Below, piece after piece: positions 49,547-59,186 of a stretch of DNA of 64,000 nucleotides; position 1 is the first letter of the stretch, and each line of letters opens with the position of its first letter. A program made the position numbers and the translations under genes. Under the pieces are notes generated by a model. That model had not been told where the DNA came from, ran no database searches, and saw only the letters and a list, made by a program, of their open reading frames with translations. Source of the DNA: Candidatus Pacearchaeota archaeon (lineage in GTDB: Archaea > Nanobdellota > Nanobdellia > UBA10117 > JAFCGA01); NCBI GenBank assembly GCA_017608345.1, contig JAFCGA010000001.1, positions 97,766-161,765 on the forward strand, read 5' to 3'.

Positions 49547-52500
49547 ATGAAAAAGGCAATTAAGAAAGTAATATCTATAATTATTATAGCTGCAGTGTTT
49601 ATTTTAGTAGTACCAATCATAACTGCAGGTGCAACTGAGGCAAGTATTGTTGTAAGTGAAGTTCAAACAGATAGTACTGTTGGTGCAGGAGGCACAGCAG
49701 ATGATTGGGTCGAACTGTATAACCCAACAGATTCTGCGGTGATTTTAGATGGCTGGTCAATCCAAGAAGGATTAAGTGATGGATCTTCTTTTTATCGGAA
49801 AGAACTAATTGGAACAATCCCCGCACAGGGTTATTTCTTAATCGTTAGAAGTGATGCAGATTCTTCACTAACAGACCTAGCGGATGTAATTGCAGCAACT
49901 AGTTTTTCGCTAACAGACGATAATGTTATTTATTTAGTTAATAATAATGAAGATATTACTGGTGCAGATGATCCAGATATTGTTGATTTAGTTGGATTTG
50001 GAGATTCTACCATTTTTGAAGGCACTGGCACTGCAGCTAATCCTGCTGAAAGTGGAAGCATAGAAAGAAAATCTGGAGAGATTCATTCCGAAGGAAAGGG
50101 AAATGGATGGGATAGTAATGATAATTCTGCTGACTTCTTTGTCTCAACTCCAAATCCACAGAATACGGCGAGCACTTCTGAAGCGCCGCCGCTAGACGTC
50201 TGTAAGACAGGATGTGTTTATTCAACAATCCAATCTGCAATAGACGCTGCAACAGAAGGAGACACAATTAATGTTGCTGCTGGGACTTATACTGAAGACC
50301 TAACAATTGATATAGGAATTACTATGTCTGGTTCAGACGCGTCGGAAGTAACTGTAAATGGTGAACATACAATATCTTCAGACGATGTAACTTTGGAAGA
50401 AGTTACTTTTAATATAGCTGCAGATACTGCAGGAATATTAATTGATTCATCTTCTTCTACAATAAATAATATTATAATTACAGATTCTGTTTTTGATTTT
50501 CCAAGTAATCCGGGAACCGGAGTTGTAGGAATTATACTTGGTGGATATTCTTCACCAAATAAGGTATCAAATATATATATCAACAATAACGTATTCAATG
50601 GACCGGATAACAAAAACTGCAATCCTTGGAAAATCGGTGGAGGATTCGGTAGCCCGGTCTCTTGCGAAGTTCAAGACGTAGACTTTGAAAATAACGCTGT
50701 TGATAGATGTTCAACGCCAATAAATTTACAGGATAGTAATATTGATGACCTTTTAATAAATAATAATGTATATACAAACACAGACGGAGTTCTATATGTA
50801 TGGGCTCAAGATGGATCAGCACCATCCGGAGCTTTGTCTAACTTTGTATTTACAAACAACGATGTTGATTCTACGAATTCTTATGGTGTAGCTTTCTTCG
50901 ATAATGATCTAAATGGAGATACTTTTACCGATACGAACTTCGGAACAGGCAATAGGATCAATAATAATGAATTCGTCGGAATTACTGAAACATATGGATT
51001 AAAATCTCTTAGCATGCTAGCAGATCTAACTACTTATGAATTAGATGCAGAAAACAACTGGTGGGGCTGCAATGAAGGTCCTGGAGAAGCTGGCTGTGAT
51101 GCGGTAAGTGGAACTGTTGATTACACTCCATGGACAGTTCAAGCTGAAGACACTATCTCAACTACTAATGGAATAGCAGAAACAGTTGATACAGCTGGAA
51201 CAGCCGCGGGACTCACTATAACTACCATCGGAGATCAATCAGGAACAGTAACTATCCAGCAATCTAGCGAAGAATATCATGGCGGATTCGGAGCTACAGC
51301 ACTCGGAAAGTTCATCAATATTGAATCAACAATAGCTAATGAAGATATCTCCGAAGTTGAGATAAGAATTAGTTATACTGATGATGAGCTTACTGCAATC
51401 GGACTAGATGAAACTTCTCTGAAGCTATACTGGTGGAATTCTGCTAGCGAAGCATGGGAACTTCTAGGAAGTACGGGTGTTAATACAACTGGAAATTATG
51501 TGTGGGCCATCACAAACCACTTCAGCGATTTTGGAGTTGGGGGTGACCCAGATACTGACGCGCCAGTTATAACTGATGTTTACACTTCACCAAAATACGC
51601 TAGTCTAGCTGATAAGCTAGTGACAATATTTGCTACAATTGCAGATGGTGGAAGCGGAGTGAAACATTCTTTCTTATATTATCAAATCGGAGACGAAGAT
51701 TTACAAAATATTACTTTCAGTGGTCCACTAACTGGCGGAAGCGCGGGAATATTCCATGGAAATCCTCAAGATGGAATTGTAGTAAATTACCATATTAATT
51801 CTACAGATAATGTAGATAACAGCGCAAGATATCCTGGCTCGGGCTGGCTAAGCTATACTTATGATGGCACAGATCCAGTCACAACCTTGACAATCGACGA
51901 TCCGAAATACGGCTCGACATTCATTAGCTCTTCAACAAGTATCGAGCTAAGCTGCACTGATGCGACTAGCGGCTGCAACAAAACATACTATCGCATTAAT
52001 GAAGGTAGCGTTACTGAATATACTACTCCTTTCACCGTCGCTAATGAAGATGGAGATCATACAATACATTATTACAGCGTAGATAATGCAACAAATGAGG
52101 AAAACTCAACACCGGAAGTAATAACTCTAGATAATAGCGCCCCAATCACCACAGATAATGCAGCAAGTGATTGGCAAGGCGCCGACCTAGTCGTAGGTCT
52201 TACACCAACAGATGGCTCAGGAAGCGGTGTAAACATTACTAAATATTGTGTTGACACAACCGGAGCGTGTACTCCAGCTACGCAAGGTATTTCTGCATCA
52301 GTTACCTGCGCTGCAGATAGCGTTTGTGAAAGTCAATATGTAAATTATCAATCGCAAGACAATCTTGGACAATGGGAAACTGCGCATATGTCAAGTATAA
52401 TTAAAATAGACAAAGAAAAGCCAGATACAACCGACGATGCTTCGAGTGATTGGCAAAATACGAATGCAACTGTCTCTCTTACCTGCGAGGATCATGAAGC

Positions 52501-55500
52501 TAGCGGGTGCCAAGTAACATATTATACAACTGACGGGAGCGACCCAACAACTGGATCTGCTCAAGGTACTGAGATTCTAGTAACAGCAGACGGAACAAGT
52601 ACGGTAAAGTACTTTTCAGTTGATAATGTCGGCAATTCAGAAGCAGTGCAAACTGCAGCAAATACCGTTAAGATCGATAGAACTGTTCCTACCATTACAG
52701 AGGATTATGCGAATGATGGAGTATGGGTAAATGAAGCTCAGGATGTCACTTTAGATCCAACCGATACCGGTGGTTCTGGAATTGGAGATGTAGAATATTG
52801 CGAAGGTGAGGGATGTGCTCCTAATATCGTGCTTGCTGCACCATACTTACTGTCTTACCTGGCAGACAAAAACACAATAGTAAGATACAAAGTAACAGAC
52901 AGGGCTACAAATCCAAGCGAAATTGATGAGTTTAACCTCAAGCTTGATATGACTATACCAACAATCACGGATAACTACGAACATGACGGTACATGGGTAT
53001 CAGAAAACCAAACTGTCACTCTTTCTCCAGCAGATGCTCTTAGTGGGATAAACGTTGTTAAATACTGCACCGGAGCAGCATGTACACCCGACATTACAAC
53101 AACAGACTACGCTATTGAGTTTAACGGAGATCAGGACACCATCTTAAGATACCAAACTTGGGACAACGCAAGTAATCCTAGCGAAATCGGAGAAGTTAAT
53201 ATTAAAATAGACACAACTGGACCAACAATTATCGATGACTATGCAAATGATGCTGTATGGGTAAACACAGATCAGACGATTACTCTAACTCCCAGTGATT
53301 CAGGTGGCTCAGGAATAAAAGAAGTAAAATATTGTAGCGGAGCTGAGTGCACACCTACAAATGTTCTAGCAGCACCTTATCAATTAGCTTACACTACTAA
53401 TCAAGATACAATTGTTAGGTATATTGTTGTAGATAATGCTAACCGAGAATCTGGGATCGGAGAATTTAATGTTAAGATTGACAAGACTATACCAACAGTT
53501 ACTGAGGATTACGGGAATGATGGTGTATGGGTAACTACCGATCAGACAGTTAATCTAACTCCTGCTGACGAAGGTGGCTCAGACATCGACGTCGTTGAAA
53601 TATGTTACAGTGCTGGGTGCACTCCATCTGACGAACTAGAGGAATACGCAATTTCCTTCACCGAAGATATAAACATGATGGTGAGATATCAAGCATGGGA
53701 TAATGCAGACAATCCATCGTTGATTGGCGAATTCAAGATCATGCTAGATAAGCATGCGCCAACATTCATAACAAATGAAGGAACAGACGGAGAAGCTGTA
53801 ACTAGCGATATAATCAATGTGAACGTTGATGATACTTACTTAGATGAAAGTTCATTAAATTATGGATTTAGCGCAGATATTAATTGCGAGGAAGAAGTTG
53901 CATGGGAAGAGGGATTTACAAATAACGTTGATTTCACAATCACTGGAGATCATACAGATTATTTATGCGTAAAAGCAGCGGATCTTGCAGGAAATATTGG
54001 CTATCATCTAGTTGGACAGTTGAATGTGGATAATTCAAATCCAACTTTGACAAGTGTATCTATTATGTCCAGTAATACGAACAATGCATATGCGCAAGTT
54101 GAAGATACAGTTACAATTGCATTTACTGCAAGTGAAGATCTTAAAGCGACTCCTGACGTCACAATTGATGGCAATACTGCAACAATAACGCAGCAAGAAA
54201 CTGCTAGCACTTGGATAGCAACTCGAACAATGCAAACTGGAGATACAGCTGGAGTTGTAACTTTCGCTATTGACTTCAGTGATCTTGCAGGTAATGATGG
54301 CACTCAAGTAACTGATGTTACTGACGAGAGCTCAGTCACGTTCGACGAAACTAATCCTGTTGGAGACCTCGCAGACATTCCGGTGGAATGGCAGAATACT
54401 GACGCTACGCTAACGCTATCTTGCACTGATTCAGAAGGAAGCGGATGCAATTCTAATGAATTCTACCTGACAGTTGTGCCGATTGGGGATTTTGGGGTGG
54501 ACATGGCTATAAGCAACGGTGGATGTACTCCTATCGACCAGTATACTGAACCAGTATTCGTATCTGAGCATTCAACAGTTTGTTGGAGAGTAACAGATAA
54601 CGCAGGGAATGTCCATTCGGGTTCAGCAGAAATCACTGTTGATGAAATTGATCCAGATCTAGAAGATGATTATGGCGAGAATAATGGAATGTGGGTAAAC
54701 AGCGACCAGACGATCACTTTATTCCATTCAGATAGCGGGAATTCAGATATAGATGACGTTCTAATCTGCTACGGATCTGAATGTGATCCGGATATTGACG
54801 GTACTGAACTAAATGAACCATATACAATCGACTTTAACAACGATACTGATACGGTTTTGAGATATCAAGCGTGGGATAATGCGGGTAATCCTTCAGGGGT
54901 TGGTGAAATAGACATTATGATAGACAAAACTATTCCTACAACAAATGATGATTATGCCTACGATGCGGTTTGGATAAATACAGACCAAACCATTACGCTA
55001 ATTCCTTATGACGAACTAAGCGGGGTGGATGAAGTGCTATACTGTATCGGAAGTGAATGCGAACCAGATCTGCTGATTAACGAACCTTATGATGTACCTT
55101 TCTCGGGAGACACTGTAGCAACTTTAAGATATCTAACAATTGATGCTGCAGGCAATTCTGGCGAAACAGAAGAAGTTATTGTAAAGATTGACGAGACCAT
55201 ACCAACGATTGCGGATGATTACCTCTTCGACGACATTTGGGTTAATACAAATCAATTAGTAACTCACACACCTACAGACGGTCTAAGTGATATAAAAGAA
55301 GTCAGATACTGCAATTCTGGTCCTGATTGCGAGCCAGACACACTATTAACTGGGCTCTATCAGATAACTTATGTAACTGACCAGGAAACTACGGTGAGAT
55401 ATCGAGCATGGGATAATGCAGACAATCCGTCTGTAGTTGGTGAATACATCGTCAAAATTGATACTGTATCTCCAGATGTAACTAATTCCGGACCTAGTGG

Positions 55501-56050
55501 AGAACTTGATTACAGCACGCCTACGCTAACCGTAACAACTGATAAGGAAACAATCTGCAAATATGACACTAATCTGAAGTCCTTTGATAATATGGCTAAT
55601 TACTTAGGTTCATCAGAGACGCTGGGGCTAGCACATACAGCTAACTTGAACCTATATGATGGTAGCTATACCTACTATATCCGATGCAGAGACAAAGCAA
55701 ACAATGAAATATCAACTACTGTAACCTTCACGATTGATACCGCAGCTAACTATGGATTTACTGAAAATTTAGTACCTACTTGGGATACTTTCACTCTCCC
55801 TAAATTCGTGCTAGAAGATCTCGGCTACACAACTCCTGAACTAAGAAGCCCTGAAAGTATATTAGCCTCCATCGCAAGCAATTATGAGATAATCTGGTAT
55901 TATGACGGAGTTAATTGGGTATCTTACAAACCAGATACACCTGAATGGACTAATGACTTAATTGAATTTAATGACATGCAGAGCAATCCTTATTGGATAA
56001 CAATGATCAATGAAGATAGACTTGAGATAGCCGATTTAAATGAAATATAG
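49547..56050 (+). CDS. giant surface/adhesin-like protein (2167 aa): N-terminal anchor, lamin-tail-domain-like module, beta-helix region, and arrays of ~90-aa Ig-like repeats
   Basis: The N-terminal TM or signal is followed by VVSEVQTDS...DDWVELYNPTDSAVILDGWSI (LTD signature) and NNN-rich beta-helix turns. There are at least 7 well-conserved plus at least 3 diverged repeats of the type (K/M)IDxTxPTxxDDYxxDxVWVNxDQTxTLxPxDxxSGIxxVxYCxGxxCxP...xRYxAWDNAxNPS. Confidence 0.8.
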   Translation: MKKAIKKVISIIIIAAVFILVVPIITAGATEASIVVSEVQTDSTVGAGGTADDWVELYNPTDSAVILDGWSIQEGLSDGSSFYRKELIGTIPAQGYFLIVRSDADSSLTDLADVIAATSFSLTDDNVIYLVNNNEDITGADDPDIVDLVGFGDSTIFEGTGTAANPAESGSIERKSGEIHSEGKGNGWDSNDNSADFFVSTPNPQNTASTSEAPPLDVCKTGCVYSTIQSAIDAATEGDTINVAAGTYTEDLTIDIGITMSGSDASEVTVNGEHTISSDDVTLEEVTFNIAADTAGILIDSSSSTINNIIITDSVFDFPSNPGTGVVGIILGGYSSPNKVSNIYINNNVFNGPDNKNCNPWKIGGGFGSPVSCEVQDVDFENNAVDRCSTPINLQDSNIDDLLINNNVYTNTDGVLYVWAQDGSAPSGALSNFVFTNNDVDSTNSYGVAFFDNDLNGDTFTDTNFGTGNRINNNEFVGITETYGLKSLSMLADLTTYELDAENNWWGCNEGPGEAGCDAVSGTVDYTPWTVQAEDTISTTNGIAETVDTAGTAAGLTITTIGDQSGTVTIQQSSEEYHGGFGATALGKFINIESTIANEDISEVEIRISYTDDELTAIGLDETSLKLYWWNSASEAWELLGSTGVNTTGNYVWAITNHFSDFGVGGDPDTDAPVITDVYTSPKYASLADKLVTIFATIADGGSGVKHSFLYYQIGDEDLQNITFSGPLTGGSAGIFHGNPQDGIVVNYHINSTDNVDNSARYPGSGWLSYTYDGTDPVTTLTIDDPKYGSTFISSSTSIELSCTDATSGCNKTYYRINEGSVTEYTTPFTVANEDGDHTIHYYSVDNATNEENSTPEVITLDNSAPITTDNAASDWQGADLVVGLTPTDGSGSGVNITKYCVDTTGACTPATQGISASVTCAADSVCESQYVNYQSQDNLGQWETAHMSSIIKIDKEKPDTTDDASSDWQNTNATVSLTCEDHEASGCQVTYYTTDGSDPTTGSAQGTEILVTADGTSTVKYFSVDNVGNSEAVQTAANTVKIDRTVPTITEDYANDGVWVNEAQDVTLDPTDTGGSGIGDVEYCEGEGCAPNIVLAAPYLLSYLADKNTIVRYKVTDRATNPSEIDEFNLKLDMTIPTITDNYEHDGTWVSENQTVTLSPADALSGINVVKYCTGAACTPDITTTDYAIEFNGDQDTILRYQTWDNASNPSEIGEVNIKIDTTGPTIIDDYANDAVWVNTDQTITLTPSDSGGSGIKEVKYCSGAECTPTNVLAAPYQLAYTTNQDTIVRYIVVDNANRESGIGEFNVKIDKTIPTVTEDYGNDGVWVTTDQTVNLTPADEGGSDIDVVEICYSAGCTPSDELEEYAISFTEDINMMVRYQAWDNADNPSLIGEFKIMLDKHAPTFITNEGTDGEAVTSDIINVNVDDTYLDESSLNYGFSADINCEEEVAWEEGFTNNVDFTITGDHTDYLCVKAADLAGNIGYHLVGQLNVDNSNPTLTSVSIMSSNTNNAYAQVEDTVTIAFTASEDLKATPDVTIDGNTATITQQETASTWIATRTMQTGDTAGVVTFAIDFSDLAGNDGTQVTDVTDESSVTFDETNPVGDLADIPVEWQNTDATLTLSCTDSEGSGCNSNEFYLTVVPIGDFGVDMAISNGGCTPIDQYTEPVFVSEHSTVCWRVTDNAGNVHSGSAEITVDEIDPDLEDDYGENNGMWVNSDQTITLFHSDSGNSDIDDVLICYGSECDPDIDGTELNEPYTIDFNNDTDTVLRYQAWDNAGNPSGVGEIDIMIDKTIPTTNDDYAYDAVWINTDQTITLIPYDELSGVDEVLYCIGSECEPDLLINEPYDVPFSGDTVATLRYLTIDAAGNSGETEEVIVKIDETIPTIADDYLFDDIWVNTNQLVTHTPTDGLSDIKEVRYCNSGPDCEPDTLLTGLYQITYVTDQETTVRYRAWDNADNPSVVGEYIVKIDTVSPDVTNSGPSGELDYSTPTLTVTTDKETICKYDTNLKSFDNMANYLGSSETLGLAHTANLNLYDGSYTYYIRCRDKANNEISTTVTFTIDTAANYGFTENLVPTWDTFTLPKFVLEDLGYTTPELRSPESILASIASNYEIIWYYDGVNWVSYKPDTPEWTNDLIEFNDMQSNPYWITMINEDRLEIADLNEI
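52670..53749 (+). repeat. four tandem 264-270-nt coding repeats (repeat block A) inside the giant protein gene
   Basis: Unit starts at 52670, 52940, 53204 and 53474 (KID-T-PT...). Each unit contains one Cys pair (for example KYCSGAECTP). Confidence 0.75.
54641..55462 (+). repeat. three further tandem ~265-280-nt coding repeats (repeat block B) of the same family
   Basis: Units start near 54641, 54920 and 55184, separated from block A by ~900 nt of non-repeat sequence. Confidence 0.7.
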
Positions 56051-56110
56051 GTCAATACTTCGGGATTAAGAAAAAACTATATAAGTGATTAAGATATTAC
56101 ATAACCTAAA

Positions 56111-57412
56111 ATGAAAAAGATAAACCTAATTTGGCTAACTGTATTACTTGCTCTTGTGTCTGTTAGTATGGCGCTAGCCCTTGGCGATCAAGCAGACGAA
56201 GAAATTCCTTGCGAGTTTTATGGTACAATTACTGTCAACGGAGATGATAACACCTTTGATACCACTACAGTCACAGCTTATTTAACTATGAGTGGAGAAA
56301 ATGCGAACTACCTATATGGTATAAATACAACTCCTCCTGCAGGTAATTACTTTATTCGAATAAGCAATATTGGTTCAGAGATAGGATTTAAGATAAGTGG
56401 CGTGAATGCAGATCAAGAACCAGTTATATGCGAATCAGGAATTAGAACCGAGCTAGATCTAACAGCTACGCTTCAGAGCATTATTGGTTCAGAAGAAGAT
56501 ATGCTAACAAATCTTGAAAACCTAGACGTAGTTGTTGGAGGATCAACTGACCTAACACAAACCTATTTTGGCGAGCAAACAGTACAATTCAAAGAGGGAG
56601 AGGATGTTCTGGTAGAATTTACTTTTGATTTTACTGGAAATCAGCTGAACTTAACTGCAATAACAATAAACAAACAAGATAACACTTCTGAGACTGGCGG
56701 AATAGAAATCAGCGGCATTGACCTACTGGAAGGTCAAACAAAAACAGCTTACATTGATATAATAAATAATAAAAGCTACGTATGTATTAAAGACGAAGAG
56801 AACGCTGCGATCTCAGAAATGGCTAATGATTGCGCCGGGGACTTCTCGGTTGCATGCGATGGAATAGAAACTGCTGAAGGATATGCTTGCACCGAAGAAG
56901 GCAGCAAATTAAAAATAACTGGTCTAAAGCACTCGGCTGTTACGGAATATACGCCAGCTGAAGAAGAAGCAGAAGAAGAAACAAGTACTGATGATACTAC
57001 GGACACTACTACAACTTCTACGGGCGGAGGCGGTGGCTGTTCACCTTATTGGACTTGCGAAGCATGGTCAGAATGTAGTGCAGATGGAACCCAAACTAGA
57101 GAATGTATAATATTAAGAACTTGTGGCGGTCCAGGCCCCGAGCTAGTTAAAGAATGTACTCCCACAATAGCACCCCTTGCAACAACTGCCGCAGAAGAAC
57201 AGCCAGAAGAAGTTGAAGCACAACCTGAAGAAACTACAATCAGCACGGAATCTGCAGCTGAGACCGGAAGTGTCGGAGTCGGAATGGCAACAGGAATTTT
57301 CGGGACACTAAAAGAGAGATGGTATGTAATTCCAATATTTATGACGATACTTGGGTTATTATCTGTGTTTGGATTCAGAGCTAGATCTGTAAAAAGAAAG
57401 CGCAAGCGCTAA
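56111..57412 (+). CDS. surface protein with the six-Cys module and a C-terminal TM anchor (433 aa)
   Basis: It has a signal peptide, CSPYWTCEAWSECSADGTQTRECIILRTCGGPGPELVKEC, and ...LKERWYVIPIFMTILGLLSVFGFRARSVKRKRKR. Confidence 0.65.
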   Translation: MKKINLIWLTVLLALVSVSMALALGDQADEEIPCEFYGTITVNGDDNTFDTTTVTAYLTMSGENANYLYGINTTPPAGNYFIRISNIGSEIGFKISGVNADQEPVICESGIRTELDLTATLQSIIGSEEDMLTNLENLDVVVGGSTDLTQTYFGEQTVQFKEGEDVLVEFTFDFTGNQLNLTAITINKQDNTSETGGIEISGIDLLEGQTKTAYIDIINNKSYVCIKDEENAAISEMANDCAGDFSVACDGIETAEGYACTEEGSKLKITGLKHSAVTEYTPAEEEAEEETSTDDTTDTTTTSTGGGGGCSPYWTCEAWSECSADGTQTRECIILRTCGGPGPELVKECTPTIAPLATTAAEEQPEEVEAQPEETTISTESAAETGSVGVGMATGIFGTLKERWYVIPIFMTILGLLSVFGFRARSVKRKRKR

Positions 57413-57450
57413 TTTTCTTTTTTATTCTTATTTTTTATTATATTCCTAAT
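57413..57450 (+). terminator. T-rich tract after the stop, a probable oligo-T terminator
   Basis: TTTTCTTTTTTATTCTTATTTTTTATTAT. Confidence 0.4.
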
Positions 57451-57494
57451 TTCAATCCGTAAGATTTATAATCAACCCGTGTTTGATATCGAAT

Positions 57495-57944
57495 ATGAAA
57501 AAAATAGTACTTCTTCCACTCCTCCTTATCTTTATGCTCGCACCAGTATTAGCTGAGTGCATACCGAACTTCTCATGTACTGACTGGTCAGAATGTAATG
57601 ACGCGGGTATACAAACTCGAACCTGCGCAGTAGTCAACATGTGTGGAGAGCCTAGCCCAGAGATAGCAAAGAGTTGTCTGCCACCAAATATGTCTCCCGA
57701 GGAACCCGAGATAGAAATAGAACAAGAAGAAACCGCCGAAGAAATCATCGAGCCAAAAGTAATTGATGGCGCGGGAATAACTGGAGCAGCGACAGTAGAT
57801 GGTTCACAAGTTACTGGCTTCACAGTCGGCGGAGTTAATTTATCAATCGACACTCTTGCAATTGCAGCTGCGCTATTCATTGGCGTAGGGATGATGGCTT
57901 TCGTTGGACGAAGACCAGCTCGCAAGAAGAAACGTAAGCGCTAA
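57495..57944 (+). CDS. small surface protein: signal peptide, six-Cys module, acidic linker, TM anchor and basic tail (149 aa from the ATG at 57495)
   Basis: MKKIVLLPLLLIFMLAPVLAECIPNFSCTDWSECNDAGIQTRTCAVVNMCGEPSPEIAKSC...AALFIGVGMMAFVGRRPARKKKRKR. Confidence 0.6.
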   Translation: MKKIVLLPLLLIFMLAPVLAECIPNFSCTDWSECNDAGIQTRTCAVVNMCGEPSPEIAKSCLPPNMSPEEPEIEIEQEETAEEIIEPKVIDGAGITGAATVDGSQVTGFTVGGVNLSIDTLAIAAALFIGVGMMAFVGRRPARKKKRKR

Positions 57945-58318
57945 GCACTCTTTTCCTTAAATTCTATTTGATAATCTTGGTTAGCTGCTATATTTGAAAC
58001 TAAAGTATAAAAAGTACCTAATATTTTATAGAAATTAGTATCACGGCTCTTCCTTGGAAAATCCACATCCGCAAAGTAGAATGTTCCAATAATCTTATCA
58101 ATAGTAGTATGATTACCATTAACATCTGGTCCGATTGCTAGTACTTGATCCTGAAAAGTATATTCTTCGCGGGTTAGCTTTGCATCTCCCTGCCCACTTA
58201 ACTTTGCGAATTCAGTTAACAATGCATCGATACAGTCTTCTGGCTGTGGAACCAAGATAATTTGACAGTGTTCATTATCAATCTGATACGTTATTAACCC
58301 TTGTTTACTTCTTTTCAT
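57941..58318 (-). CDS. hypothetical protein (125 aa)
   Basis: An ORF whose start codon lies 2 nt from the structured element at 58321-58440. Confidence 0.45.
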   Translation of the reverse strand: MKRSKQGLITYQIDNEHCQIILVPQPEDCIDALLTEFAKLSGQGDAKLTREEYTFQDQVLAIGPDVNGNHTTIDKIIGTFYFADVDFPRKSRDTNFYKILGTFYTLVSNIAANQDYQIEFKEKSA

Positions 58319-58320
58319 AT

Positions 58321-58440
58321 GTCGGGAATACCACCAGTCTACTGACTGGTGGTCCAGTGAGTGTATTCCCGAGCATGCTCAAGGATGGACCAACTGGAAC
58401 ATGCCACCGGTCTATTGACCGGTGGTCCTTGACATATTGC
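58321..58440. other. densely structured element: two paralogous 9-bp hairpins plus nested inverted repeats (candidate small RNA or structured 5' leader of the minus-strand gene)
   Basis: Hairpins CCACCAGTC-TACT-GACTGGTGG (58331-58352) and CCACCGGTC-TATT-GACCGGTGG (58404-58425); outer stem CGGGAATA/TATTCCCG (58323-30 / 58364-71); palindrome GAGCATGCTC (58371-80). A minus-strand TATA (GTAAGTTTTATAA) lies at ~58453-58465. Confidence 0.45.
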
Positions 58441-58510
58441 TACTTAACCGTTACCTTATAAAACTTACGCAAGGAGAAACCTTTATCTACTTCTGCACTA
58501 TTAATTCTCT

Positions 58511-59185
58511 GTGAAATCCGTAATTAAGCTAACTGATGTTTATAAAACATATATGATGGGTAGCGTAGAGGTGCAAGCAGTTAGGGGAATCAATCTAGAG
58601 ATACATTCTGGCGATTTCATTATATTAATGGGACCTTCTGGCAGCGGCAAATCAACAGCTATGAATTTAATCGGCTGCTTAGATACACCATCTCAAGGAA
58701 GCATCTTTCTAGATGGACAGGATATATCACAGTTAGACGAGAGTAAGCTAGCTCAGATTCGCGGCAAGAAGATTGGATTTGTATTTCAGAAGTTTAACTT
58801 ATTACCTGCACTAACTGCTAAAGAGAACGTAACAATCCCGATGATTTTTCAAGGGATTCCGGAGTCAGAAGCTAATCAACGAGCATTAGAACTTCTAAGA
58901 TTAGTTGAATTGCAAGATAGATCACATCACAAACCAAACGAACTGTCTGGTGGCGAACAGCAGCGAGTGGCTATCGCGCGAGCCCTAGCTAATGATCCCG
59001 AAATAATACTTGCTGACGAGCCAACAGGTAATTTAGATACGAATACGGGAAATACAATTATGGAACTTCTAGTCAGTCTAAACAAAAAAGGTAAGACGCT
59101 AATAGTAGTTACTCACGATCCAGATGTGAGAAAATTTGCTAAGAATGAGAAAGTCTTTAATATACGTGATGGTAAACTTATTTAA
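58511..59185 (+). CDS. ABC transporter ATP-binding protein (MacB/LolD-type)
   Basis: Walker [11 protein letters not shown]-loop, signature [15 protein letters not shown] and Walker [12 protein letters not shown]; GTG start. Confidence 0.9.
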   Translation: MKSVIKLTDVYKTYMMGSVEVQAVRGINLEIHSGDFIILMGPSGSGKSTAMNLIGCLDTPSQGSIFLDGQDISQLDESKLAQIRGKKIGFVFQKFNLLPALTAKENVTIPMIFQGIPESEANQRALELLRLVELQDRSHHKPNELSGGEQQRVAIARALANDPEIILADEPTGNLDTNTGNTIMELLVSLNKKGKTLIVVTHDPDVRKFAKNEKVFNIRDGKLI

Positions 59186-59186
59186 T

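Noticed and set aside
50037-54307. Several 61-111-aa minus-strand ORFs within the giant surface gene (and the plus-strand ORF 4993-5178 and minus-strand ORFs 4661-5201 in the Cys-rich gene)
   Set aside because: They are embedded in or antisense to long, repeat-supported CDSs and have no independent signals.
57452-57925. A 157-aa minus-strand ORF
   Set aside because: It is fully antisense to the signal-peptide, six-Cys-module and TM protein at 57495-57944, which has paralogs next door. It has no promoter or motif of its own.
58331-58425. A possible mini-CRISPR (two similar palindromic repeats)
   Set aside because: There are only two copies with a 51-nt unequal spacer context, they are embedded in further nested pairings, and no cas genes are present. 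No CRISPR array exists anywhere in the window.
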